Assembly: GCF_028641065.1 (NCBI RefSeq)
Contig: NC_073380.1
Coordinates: forward strand, 16,678,001-16,742,000
Length of the DNA stretch: 64,000 bases
Direction: 5' to 3'
Source of the DNA: Leucoraja erinacea
Taxonomy: Eukaryota
The notes beneath the pieces are model-generated. The model had not been told where the DNA came from. It saw only the letters and a program-made list of their open reading frames with translations, and ran no database searches. This document shows positions 26,501 to 39,733 of the stretch, piece after piece. How positions within the stretch are numbered: the stretch's first letter is position 1; the number at the start of each line of letters is the position of its first letter. The position numbers and the translations under genes were made by a program.

Positions 26501-29500
26501 GTATCGGATTTAAATGGGTCAGGTCATTAAGGGCTCCGGTCGAAATTGGGTTTCCTGGCTGGCTTGCAGGTAGGTCCCTCATTCACGGTCACTCATGTTA
26601 TTTAGTATTTTTTTCCATCTTTCTCTCTCTCTCTTTCCCCCCTCCAAGGTTGGTTCTTCTGTTTGCCTTTATTTGCTTCAGTTTTGTTTAAGGTGTTATT
26701 TATCACATTGTAGCTTTTGAAAGATTCAAGCGGGTATCGGGTACTTTCTAAGGGCTGAATCGGCCAGTTTGCGGGGCCTTTCACCGCCCGGCACGGCTTA
26801 AAATCAAACTGCTGCATCAAGGCAATCGAGGCTCGCGATGTTGAAGCTGGCCGATTTTAAGCCGCGCTGGGCGATGAAAGGCCCTGCGAACGGGCCGATT
26901 CAAGCCCCACGATTCGGAGCGACGAAGCTGCTGTTGCTGGAGTTCGGAGTCGGTCATNNNNNNNNNNNNNNNNNNNNNNNNNNNNNNNNNNNNNNNNNNN
27001 NNNNNNNNNNNNNNNNNNNNNNNNNNNNNNNNNNNNNNNNNNNNNNNNNNNNNNNNNNNNNNNNNNNNNNNNNNNNNNNNNNNNNNNNNNNNNNNNNNNN
27101 NNNNNNNNNNNNNAATTGTGACCCCCCCCCCAATTGTGTCCCTCCCATGTTTTTATAGCGATTTCCGTCCCTGCACAGAAATATAAAATAAGATAACAAC
27201 CACGCTGAAATGGATTTTAGTTATTAAAAGAACAAAACCGTTCGATTTTAAAGTAGGCTACATCGTTCTCAACTCTCAATAGTATTTCCAAAGCAAACTA
27301 CCATCTCTCTTATCCTTGCTGGTCACTTTCATGCCTGTACATTGAAATGTTTTTAAAAAAAAAGTTATGGTTCAGAAGCTGGAGCAGTGGTGTACTGAGC
27401 TGAGAGACTAAATGAGTACGGGTGAATTGTTTACTTTTAAAAAAGGAATGCTTTTACATTAAGTTTTAGAACATTATGATAGTTTAAATGTTTTTAATAA
27501 TTTTTATGATCATATGTACAGTTTTTAAATATCTCTTGAGTAGCAGTAACAGGGATGTAGGATTTAAGTTTGGCTACACCAGCAGGAACTCTGGTTAACC
27601 AGTCTAAGTTATAGAATTATGCGGCCCAGAAGCAAGACCTCAGACCTAACTCCTCCATGTTGATCGGGTTGCCTTTTTGAGCCAGATTCATTTTCCTTCA
27701 TTTGGCCCATATCCTTCTACATCTTTCTTATCCATGTACCTGCCACAATATCTAGTTAAAAGGTATGTATACCTTTCTCTACATTTCCTCCGGCATACAT
27801 CAACGACCCAGTGTGTGAAAAAATAGTTCCCCATGGCAACATCCTTGTGAATCTTTTCACACCCTCTCTGGATTAATCTCATCCTTAAAAACAAACTGCA
27901 ACATAACCAGAACTGCTCACAATATTCCAAGTACAGTTTCACCAACGTCTTGTACATTGGCAACATGATGTCCGACTAATGAAGGCAAGCATGCTATATG
28001 CTTTCTTGATCATCCTGCCTAACTGTATTATAATTTTCATGGACCTCTGTTCTACAACACTCCTCAGGGATCAGCTATTCACTGAATATGTCCCACACTA
28101 TGTTAACTTCCCAAATTGTATCATACTGCACTTGTACAAGTTATATTCTATTTGACATTTCTTTATTCAATTTCCCAGCTGATCTTGATCCTATTGTAAT
28201 CATAGATAACATTCTTCATTGTCCGCTATACCACCAGTTTTGGTGTCATCTGCAAACTTACTAATCATGCCAACTACATTCTCATCAAATCATTAATATA
28301 GATGACAAACAACAGGGGAACCAGCACTGATCCCTGCAACACATCACTGATCACAAGCCTCCAATCTAAGAAACAATCCTTCACTACAGCCTATGTCTCC
28401 TTCCACCATATATTCTGTATTCAACTGGCTAGCTCACTCTGGATGCCATGTGATCCAACCTTTCAGATCAGCCTACCATGTGAGACTCATATACGGTCTT
28501 GCTAAAGTCCACGTGGCCAACATCTACTGCCCTATCATTGACAATCCTCTTCGTTAACTTCTGGAAAAAAGTTAAATTCATAAATATGATTACCCACACT
28601 CAGCCATGCTAACTATATCAACTTTCATTTACAAATGCAGGTAGATTCTGTCTCTCAGGATCGCCACCAGTAATGTTTCTGCCACTGTTAAGCTCACAGA
28701 CTTGGCTTTGCAGCTTTTCTTAAATAAAATTCCAACATTAACCACCCTCTGGTCTTCCTGTACTTCCCTGTGGTTACCAAAGATACAAATATTTATGCTA
28801 GGACCCCAGTAATTTCTCCCCTGCTTCCCACAAAATCCTAGGATAAACTTATCCACCTTCACATGCTGCAAGACCATCCACACCATTTCTTTCATTATGT
28901 GGATACATTTCAGTGCACTACTATTCAATTCCCTGAACTCAGTAGCTTCCATGACTTTTCCCACAGTAAATACAGGCAAGACATGTTCACTTAACACCTC
29001 ACCCATCTGCCATAGCTCCACACATAAATGAGCACACTGATCTTTAAGAAGACCTATTCTCTCAGATCTCAGCTTGGCGGATACAGTAGGTACAATGAAA
29101 TTCCTTGTTAGCATGAAGCTCAGAGAATAAACATTATATAGTAATGATATACCCGAAACATCACACATTCCTTCTATCCAGAGATACTGCCTGAGTTACT
29201 CCAGTATTTTGGTGTAAACCAGCATCTGCAGCTCCTTCCTACACACGATTATAGTGTAATCTGAAGTAATACAAAATCAAAATACCGAAGTACAATAACA
29301 TAGTAACCAAGTGACTTCATGATTTTTCTGGCCTGTGACCAGTGGAGTGCCGCAGCGGACGGTGCTGGGTCCACTACGTTTGTTTAAAAAACCCAATTTG
29401 GATGACAATGTAGTTTACATTGTTAATACATTTGCAGATAACACCAGATTTGATGGCTTAGTAGACAATGAAGAAGGATATCTTAGTTTACAACATGATC

Positions 29501-32500
29501 TAGATCATTGGGAAGGTGGGCCAAAGAATTGCAAATGGAATTTAACTCTGACAAGTGTTAGTGTTTTGGTATGCACTTCCTGGAGCAGGACTAACACTGT
29601 GAATGTCTATTCCTGGAGAGTACTGCAGAACAGAGAGAACTGCACGTGCAGATGCATGTGTTCCCCAAAAGCGGTCAGTCAGGTAGACAGAGTGGTGAAG
29701 AAGGTGCTTGCACACTTGCCTCCATTGGACCACACTTTGAGCACCGCATGCAGTTCTGTTTGCCCAGCTGTAGAAAGGATGTTAATAAGTTGGAAAGGAT
29801 GCAGGAAAGGTTCACCACATGTTATTTGAACTTGCGCTTTTCAGTTCAGTTCAGTTTAGTTTAATTCAGTTTAGTTTATTGTCACGTGTACCGAGGTACA
29901 TGGAAAAGCTTTTGTTGCGTGCTAACCTGTCAGCAGAAAGACAATACATGGTTACAATTAAGCCATTTACAGTGGATAGAAAGCTATTTAAGAGCGTGAA
30001 GCGATTGTAAAATACGTTTGGGAGAGGTTGGATAGTTTGGGACCTTATTTTGTAGCATAGGAGGCCGAGGAGTGATCTTAATGAGGTGTACAAGATCATG
30101 AGGTACATGGATAAAGTGAACAATCCCCAGGGTAAAGGATTCTAAAACTTACATGGCATAGGTTTTAGGTGAGAGAGGAGAGATTTAAGAGAGGCCTTAT
30201 GGGCAACCCTTTCATTCAGAGGGTAGTCCGTATCTGGAATGAGCTGCCAGAGGAACCTATAGAAGTGGATACAATTATGACTTTTAAAAGACATATGCAT
30301 AGATATATACATAGGAAGAATTTGAAGGCTATGGGCTAAATGCAGGCAAATGGGACTTGCCCAGTATACCAACATGTTTAAGAAAGAACTACGGATGCTG
30401 GAAAAATCAAAGGTAGACAAAAATGCTGGAGAAAGTCAGCGGGTGAGGCAGCATCTATGGAGCGAAGGAATAGGTGACGTTTCGGGTTGAGACCCTTCTC
30501 CAGACTGAAACGTCACCTATTCCTTCGTTCCATAGATGCTGCCTCACCCGCTGAATTTCTCCAGCATTTCAGTACACCAACATGGTCTGTACATACATAG
30601 TGGGCCGAAGAGCCTGTTTAGCTGTATAGCTCAATGACATTTTAGAAGTTTGAAAGTTGTGGGGAAGAAGCTGTTCTTTTGTCTGATGTCCAAGCTTCCA
30701 AGCACCTGTATCTTCTTCCAAAAGGTTGAAGAGAGAAAAGGGAGTAGCTTGGATGACAGGCATCCTTAACGATACTTCCAGCCTTCCTGATGCAAAGCAC
30801 TGTGAAATGGACTGGATGGAATGAAGTGACAAGCCTGTGATAGTTGGCCAGTGTTCACCACTCTCTGCAGTTGCAGGCAATCAAGAACAAAGTAGCTGCC
30901 ATACCAGTTTGAGATACATCCTGACAAAATACTACCCCCCCTGGCTTCCCTTTTACTCTTAATGTACTCAGAATCTTTCAGGTTTCTCTTTCACCTATCT
31001 GCCAAGTATATCTCATATCGCTATTTGTCCGCCTGAGTCGCTTCTTAAATGAATTCTGTATCTCTTCTTCTCACAAAGTGATTTACTTGATCCCAGCTGA
31101 CTATACCTGACATATGCCTTCTCCTTTTTCCTGACCAGAGTCTCAATATCTCTCGTTCCCTGGTCAATATCACCAAGATTCCCTAGTGCTCACAGCCTTG
31201 CTCTTCACTTTAATAGGAACATGCTGACCTTGAATATTCCCTGTCAAACTTTTTAAAATGTCGTACTTGACAGATATCCCTTTACCTGCTAACAGCCACT
31301 CCCCAGCAACCTTTGCAAGTTCCAACCTAATCCCATCAAAATTACCTTTGCCCCAGTTGAGGACTTCAACATTAAGACCCGTCCAATCTTTTTCCCTAAC
31401 TATGTTAAAACTAATAGAATTATGGTTACTGGTCCCAAATTGCTTCCCCATTGACCCTCAGCCATAAAAGATCGAGTGTAACCCTTTTTGTATCTATATA
31501 TTGCTTGTGGAAACCTGTCTTGAGATATTAAATATTTTCTACCCTATCTAATCTCTTAGTTGTATGGCAGTCCCAGTCCACAATAGGAAAGTTAAAAACA
31601 CCTGCTATTATTCTGACATTTATCTGCAATCTCACTACATACATGCGCTTCTATGTCCTGATAATATTGGGAGCTTATAGTACAATCCCAAAGAGATCAC
31701 CACCTTCTTATTTCTATGTTATCCCCACATAGCCTCGCTGGACATAACCACAGCAATATCCTCTGTAAATACTATAGCCATGTTCTCCCTGAACATTATC
31801 ACAGCTCTCACTCCACTCTTATCACCACCTCTATCACACCTGCAGCTGCCAGTCCTGTCCATCACTCAGACATGTCTCTGTAATAACTATAATCTCCCAG
31901 TCCCATATACCTATCTATGCCATGAATTAATCTGCCTTACATGTCAGGCTTGTTACATTTTTAAAATCGATGCAGTTTAGCCTCAGAAGCATCTTCACTC
32001 ATTTTCTGGCCTCTATCTGTTCTATCTACTGTTCTTGCTGACTGTAACTTCTATCGTTTCTTTAACTATCTTTTCTGCTACACCGCGCTGGATTCCATCT
32101 CACCGCCAGGCTAATTTAAATGTTCCCGAGTATTAAAGTAAATCAAGATATTGGTCCTCCTCCAGTTCTGGTGCAACTAATCCCTCATGTACAGGACAAC
32201 CTCTGCCATAGAACAGATCTCAATGGTTCGGGAAGCTGCAAAAGGATCTGGGAAGTCTACTGGGAAGCAATGGTTCTTCCAAGTTGTGGATTACTTACAA
32301 CAGGCAGGCGAAAGTACTGAAAAAATACCATTTACACTAACTTTGCAAAGTCCTCCAAATTAATTGGAAGGATAGGTGAATCAATGTCAATATTCCATCC
32401 TAGGCTCACATTGAAACCATAATTATTTTCAGTCAACTACACTGGGCAGAACACATCAATCGCAGGCCTGATACAGAGCTTTGTTATTGGAGAAGATTTC

Positions 32501-35500
32501 TAGACAGAAACAAGTACGTTACCCAAAGTTTCCTGGGTAAAGTACAGCATCCCTACTGACTACTGAGAACCTCTTGACCATGACAAAATGCTTAAGGAAA
32601 GCCGTGCTCAAGGAGATATTGAGAACCTTCATTGAAAATAAATTGGAAGCACACAGAAGTCCTGGATAAGTAATAAAAGGAGCACACCACCTCATCAATT
32701 ACCCACCTGCCTGGCTGACCAATCAGCCTCATCGTTACCTATATACAGAAGAATCTACAGTGCCCATATTGGCCTCATTAACCGCCTCATACCTCACAGA
32801 ACCAGATTTGAAAAGTTATCCTCCGTACCAAGGCCCGTGTTGCGGGGTTGAAGAGCTCCTGGAGCGGGGCCTGACATCACTGCCCCGCGCAGCTGGAATG
32901 GCCGCGGGACTTTGCGAGCGCACGCCGGGGGCTCTAACATCAAGACCCGGTGTGCGACCTCGCACCACCCGGCGTGGCTTCAATGGCCGTGGGACAATCG
33001 CCATCGCCAGCCGGGGGCTTTGACTTTGACTCTGACATCAGGGGGGGGGAGAGTGCAGTGGAGAGATAAGTTTTTTTGGCCTTCCATCACAGCTATGTGA
33101 TGGATGTTTATGTAAAATGTAATTATGTTGTGTCTGGGGTCTATTTGTGTGTAATGTATGGCTGCAGAAACGGCATTTCGTTTGTGGACCTCCAGGGGTC
33201 CAAATGACAATTAAATTGACTCTTGACTCTTGACTTGACTTCTCAAGACCTCACTCCCACCAATTCTACTTTAGTAGAGATATTGTTTTTTATTGATTTT
33301 GTCAGTAACAAATATATATTTAGTTTTTGATGTAAAAAATTAAGTAAAATGAAGAGTAGTGATTATATTATAAAACGGTTTCCATAACTGACATCAATAT
33401 TAATTAGAATCTTTGCAGTCAATCGGTCAGACACAAACACGAGATCTAAAATTACTTAACAAAGAAAAATGTAACTAAAAATTTGAATAAACCAGTACTC
33501 ACTGAACATGCTTGCAAATTAAGTGTCATTAGTTCTGGACAGTGGATCTGAATGTGTTTCAGCGAGTCATCATCGAGCTGTTGGAGAAACATACCCATTT
33601 TACTCTCTTTGCAACAATAGATCACAATCAGATTACAACAGTGATCTAGGCAAGTCTGAATGGAAGCACGATAATGGATGTTACTTTCGTCATGTAGTTA
33701 ATAATGATCTTTGCAACAGGAACCACAGGTCGTTCTGCTTTAACGTGTATTGAGCAATTCAAAAACATTATTTGTATTACGAGGGTCTAATTGGGTAAAA
33801 TTTGATTTTGATTGGGAACCAGTCATAGATTCAGAGTCATCTAGCAAGGATACCGGCCTTCAGCCAATCCATCCATGCGGACCAAGATGCCACATTTAAG
33901 TTAGTCCATTTTCCCGTGACTAACCTATATTGCGCTCAACATTTCCTATCCATGTACGCTCGAAGGTATTTTAAATGTAGTTACTGTACTTGCCCCAACT
34001 ACTTCAACTGGAAGCACATTTTATCAACTCATATATACAAGTGCTTGTAATGCTGCTGCAAGTAAGAATTTCATTGTTCTGTTGTCAGTACATACGACAA
34101 TTAAAGTCTCTTGACTTGACTCGTTCACTATAATCACTACTCTGTGTGAAAATGTTGCCCTCGGGTTCCCATTATATTTCCCCTCTCTGCACCTTAACCT
34201 ATGTCCTCCAGTTCTTGACTCCCCTTCCCTGCGCGTTCACCCTATCTATTTCTCTCATGATTTTATACACCTCCTCAGCCTCCTTGCGCCAAGAAATGAA
34301 GTCATAGCATGCCAACCACTCCCTGAAGCTCAGGTCCTTGACTCCTGGCAACTTCCTCTCTACACTCTTGCCAGCTAAATGGCAACTTTCCTATTGCAGG
34401 GTGAGCAAAACAGAACACATTACTCCAAGGGCAGCCTCACTTACTATGCATAATGTCACAACCTCTATGCTCAATTCCCCAACTGATGAAGGCTAGCTTG
34501 TCAACACACGTCTGCACCGCCTATCTACCTGCAACGTCACTTTCAGGGAAGTATGTGCAGTTCTTGTACTCCTGGAAAAAACACTTAAAAATTACTTTGT
34601 AAATTTTCTTATTAGAACACAGCTGATATTTTCACCATGGGTTGCCACAGATATTGACAAGCAGTCTCTCTGTGTAATGATGTACTCTTAAACAGTGTAA
34701 CATGCAGCCTTTAGTATTTTTTAAACTAACCATTTTTAGCTTGCAGTAACAAAAATAAACTTATAGCTATTAGAAATACCTTTATTTTTGAAAATCCTGC
34801 AAGGAATTATTATGAGACTGAAACGCCCCTTTTTTACTCATTAACACAATTGTATCCTTTATCTGTGCACTGTGAACTGCTCGATTGTTAATCACGTATA
34901 GTCTTTTATTTGACTGGATAGCAGCCAAACAAAAGCTCTTCACTGTGCCTTGGTACATTATTATTTATTAATAATAAACGACACTAAGCCAAAACTAAAC
35001 TTCCTCACTAAAACTTGCTCAGTGGAACTGAAATCTGCTCAGACCCACCATAGCTCCAAATATTAGATCTTATTTTAAATATGGAGACACAATGGGAAGA
35101 CAAATGTGTGTTCTCAATGTCAGAGAAAGTTCAGATAAGGTGTGGCACCAAGGGATTTAAAATTAAAAAAATGGAAATTGGAATCAGCAAGAAAGCAGAT
35201 TTGTTGATAGTATCACACCATGCACAAATGAAGATGGTAGTGTTTATTAAGTTATCCTTAGGCCATCACTGCAGGTTCCTGCAATGAATTATCTTCAGTT
35301 GCTTTATCAATGATCTTTTTTCTCTATTATAAGCTAGCACTTCTCCATAAAGCATTTTCATCAATATCCTGGGAAGAGAGAGAGAGACAGGATTATTATC
35401 ATTGACCACAAACTCTATTGGACTAACTCAGTAAAATGTGTACTTGTGCAGGTCAGAGGCTAGGCATTCCATGGTAATGGAGTTGACTTCTTGGTGCACA

Positions 35501-38500
35501 AAGCAGTTCCCCTAACTGCAAGATATGCATCAGCTATTTGATGGAAGACTCTACACTTGCCTGGATGGATACAGCTGCTTCAACATTCAAAGTACTCAAC
35601 ACCAGGTATCATCATATTCAACTTGATTCTACAACTGGCACACCTTGGCTGCATTAATCACTAGTTTAGTTTAATTTAGAGGCACAGCATGAAAGAGGCC
35701 CTTCAGCCCACCGAGTCACCGCCGACTAGCAATCAACTGTGCACTAGTTCTATCCTCTACAATAGGGACAATTTCCAAGTCAATTAATCTACCAACCTAC
35801 ATGTCTTTAGAATGTGGGAGGAAACTGGAGCATCTAGAGAAAACCTTGCGACCTGGTGTTGAGATAACAACCTTCTCTCAATTTCAGCAAGACAAAGGAG
35901 ATAGTGATTGACGTCAGGAAGCAAAGCGGTACACATATTGACGGCATTGAAGTAGAGATGGTTGAAAGCTTCAAATTCTTAAGTGTAAATTTCACCAACA
36001 ACTTCTCCTGGATCACCCATATTGAAGCAATGGCCAAGAAAGCACACCAACACCTCTACTTCCTGAGAAGGCTTAGGAAGTTCGGCATGTCCCCAACAAC
36101 TCTCACCAACTTCTACAGATGTGCCGTAGAAAGCATTTTATTGGGACGCATCACAGCATGTTTGGGACCATGTGCAGGGAGGAACTGCAGATGCTGGTTT
36201 ACACCGAAGATAGACACAAAAGGTTGGAGTAACTCAGTGGGTCATGCAGCATCTCAGGAGAAAAGGAATAGCTGAGATTTCGGGGTGAGATCCTTATTCA
36301 GACTGAGAGTCAGGGGAAAGGGAAACAAGAGATATAGACGGTACCTAGGATAAATTAATGGAAGATATGTGGAGCCCTCTACTAACACTCTCTGCTGCAT
36401 AGCGAGCTGGTCGTCACTCTCTACAACTTCTCCTTTGACTCCTCCCATATCCCCCAAATCAAAGGCAATTGCATGGGCCTCTTTGTAAGGTATGTTGAAC
36501 AATCCCCGTTCCAGGTGTACACTGGCCCTATCCCCAACCTCTATCTCACTACATTGACAACTGCATTGGGGCTACCTCCTGCACCCATGCAGAACTCATG
36601 GACTTTAACTTCACTGCTAATTTCCATCCTGCACTCAAAATTAGTTGGACCATTTCCAACACCTCCCTCCCCTTTTTTGATCTCACCATCTCCATCACGG
36701 GAGATAGACTATCGACAGACATCTATCGGAGTGGCGGCGCGGCTCTGGCCGCAGCGGCTTACCGGCAGTCCCGTTGTTTTGTGTTTTTTATGTTGTTTAT
36801 TTTGTTTTGGTTAGTCTAGTTTTTTAGTTTTAGTTTGTGTTTTTGGGGGTGGGGGTTGAAACGGGGTTTGCAGTCTCTCACTGCGGGGGAATACGACCTT
36901 TTTGTCGTATTCCCCTTCTCTGCCTCCGTCTGCGATGAGGCGTAATGGAGCTGACGACCTCGAGGCTCCGGAGGCAGAGCCCGCCAGGACTCGCAATGAG
37001 CTCGCTCCCGTGAGGGCGGCAAGCCCGTGGGTGGAACGAGGCTCGCGTCGGAGCGGCCGAGCTCGGGGAGGTGCGGCGCTCGCAGCCCGAGGGAGGTTCG
37101 GCGCCCAAGTCGGGGTGGCCCGGTCCGGGGGAGAAGCGACGCCCAAGTCGGTGCGGCCCGGTCCGGGGAAGAAGTGACGCCCATGTCCGGGGCAGCCCAG
37201 CCCAAGGCTGAAGAGGGCGCAGTACTCACGTGAGGGTGGCTGGGACGGTGTTCTGGCGGTGGTGGCCTGAGTCCGGGGTTCGGCCGCGGGCCAGCGGCTG
37301 CGTCTGCAGAACTGGTGGGCGGCAGCTTCAACCACCCCGGGCGGTGTTTGAGCCGCGGGACTGTTTTTAACATCGTCCGGGGAAGTATCGCCCCAGCGCA
37401 GAGGGAGAAGAGGAGGGAAGAGACTGCAGATCTAAGACTTTTACCTCCATCACAGTGAGAAGATGCTGGGTAGACTCACTGTGGTGGATGTTAATATGTG
37501 TTTATTATTGTTTTATTGTATTGTATAATATGTATGACTGCTGCAATTTACTTCAGACTTCGGTCTGAATGACAATAAAAGGCTATCTATCTATCTATTA
37601 CAAACCTTATGATTCCCACATCTATCTAGACTTCCCCCACAACCACAGGAGATGCAACATCTGTCTCTATACCTCCACCCTTCACTCTGTCCAGGCACCC
37701 CAACAGTCCTTTCAGGTTAGGCAGACATTGACTTGCACCTCCTCCAACCTCATCTACTGTATCCGCTGTTGCAGGTGTAAAATCCTATATATCGGCGAGG
37801 ACCAAGCGCAGGCTGGGCGTTCGTTCCGATGAACACCTTCGCTGTCTGCCTCGGTCTACGTGAAATCCCAGTTGCCAAACACTGGTTTGGGAATAGCTCC
37901 ATTCAAGACCACAAGAAATTGCAGACAATCGTGGACGCAGGCCAAACCATCACACATACCAACCTCCCTTCCATTTACTTCTCATGTTGCCTCGGAAAGG
38001 AAACCCCCAGCATAATGAAGGATGAGTCACACCCTGGCCACTCCCTCTTCTCCCCTCTCCCATCGTGCAAAAGGTATAAAACAATGAAAAATCACACCTC
38101 CAAATTCAGGCAGTTTCTTCCCAGCTATTATCAGGCAACTGAACCGTCCCACAAACAACTAGAGAGCTATCCTGTGCTACTATCAACCTCATTGGAGGTC
38201 CTTGGACTATCTTTGATTGGACTAAGCATTATTTCCTTTATCATGTCTCTGTACACTGTGAATGGCTCCATTGTAATCAAGCATTGCCTTTCCTCTGACT
38301 GGTTTGCCCTGAACTCAAACCCCATGCGGTCACAGGGAACACATACAAACTCTGTACAGACAGCACCCTTAGTCAGGATTGAACCTGGGTCTCTGGCGCT
38401 GTAAAGCCAATTCTTGGAGGTTGTCCTGTAAAGTGGCAGCGATAGAGTTGCTGCCTTAAGGGCCTGTCCCACATTCCCAAGTTACTCACGAATTCTCCCG

Positions 38501-39685
38501 AGTTTTCCATTTGATTCACTCGGAGAATTACGGTAATAGCCAGCTATAGGTACTCGGGGCTATTTTGTTTCACTCGTGGACATTTTTCATCATGCTGAAA
38601 AAACGTCCCGACTTACCTGATGCCCCGAGTACCTACGGCTGGCATTACGAGCCGCTACGAAATATCTACGGACGCCTACGGCCTCCTACGGGCTCGCTAC
38701 AGACATTCTCCGAGTTTGAAGCAAGGGGAAAACTCGGGAGAATTTGTGAGTAACTCGGGAGTAACTCGGGAAAGTGGGACAGGCCCTTAAGGCAACTCTA
38801 CCGCTGCCACCTTACAGGACAACCACCAAGAATTCTTCAATAGCACCTCCCAAATCTGCAACCCACACCGCAGACAGGACAGATGAAGCAGCTGCAGCAA
38901 GAATAAAACAATTGAGGGGCAGCACAGTGGCGCAAAGGGTAGACCTGCTGCCTCACAGCACCAGAGACCCCGATTCGATTCTGACCTTGGGTGCTGTCTG
39001 TGTGGAGTTTTCACTTTCTCCCAGTGACTCCTGGTGCTCTGGTATCCTCCCACATTCCAAAGCCGTGCGGGTTTGACAGATGTAAAATTGCCTCTGGTGT
39101 GTAGGAAGTGGATGAGAGAGATAACATTGAACTAGTGTGAATGGGTGTCATGGATAGTCAGCAAGGTCCCGGTGGCTGAAAGGCCTGTTTCCATGCTGTA
39201 CCTTTGAACTTGAAACATCATAGTTATTTATCATTTCAACATGGAAATGGATAGTTGATTGTCAATGGTCAAAATCAGCACAGTAGGTCCGTACTGACCC
39301 TGGTGGCAAACGGCTGCCTTTTTGAGTTGCCTGGTTCTTGGATGCCTAGTTCTGGACTCCCCCTATATTGGGAATATGTTTCCTGCATCTAGCTTGTCCA
39401 ATCCCTTAATAATTTTATTTGTTTCAGTCCGAGTTTGGTGTTTCACAGAATGACCATTGGGTGGATGGGACGAATGGTGTTTTTGAAAGATTTTAGTTTA
39501 GTTTAGAGTTACAGCGTGGAAACACCGAGTCTGTGCCAACCAGCGATCACCTGTAAACTACTTCTATCCTGCACACTAGGGACAATTCAGTGTGTAGGGT
39601 AGAACTACCGGAGTGGTTCTATGTTTCCTCCCACATTGTAAAGACAAAGACATTGTGACGGGATGGGTTTGCCCCGGAAGCTGCG

Positions 39686-39733
<48 letters not shown>

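Noticed and set aside
36811-37373. Overlapping Pro/Arg/Ala-rich ORFs (also 10246-11225, 12189-12671, 61074-61576)
   Set aside because: Expected stop-codon scarcity in GC-rich TE sequence; reading frames are not conserved between family copies
39686-39733. Long poly-C/poly-G runs (also 44975-45006, 46911-46963) as polyproline/polyglycine coding or functional G-quadruplexes
   Set aside because: They lie within repeats, and homopolymer lengths are unreliable in assemblies
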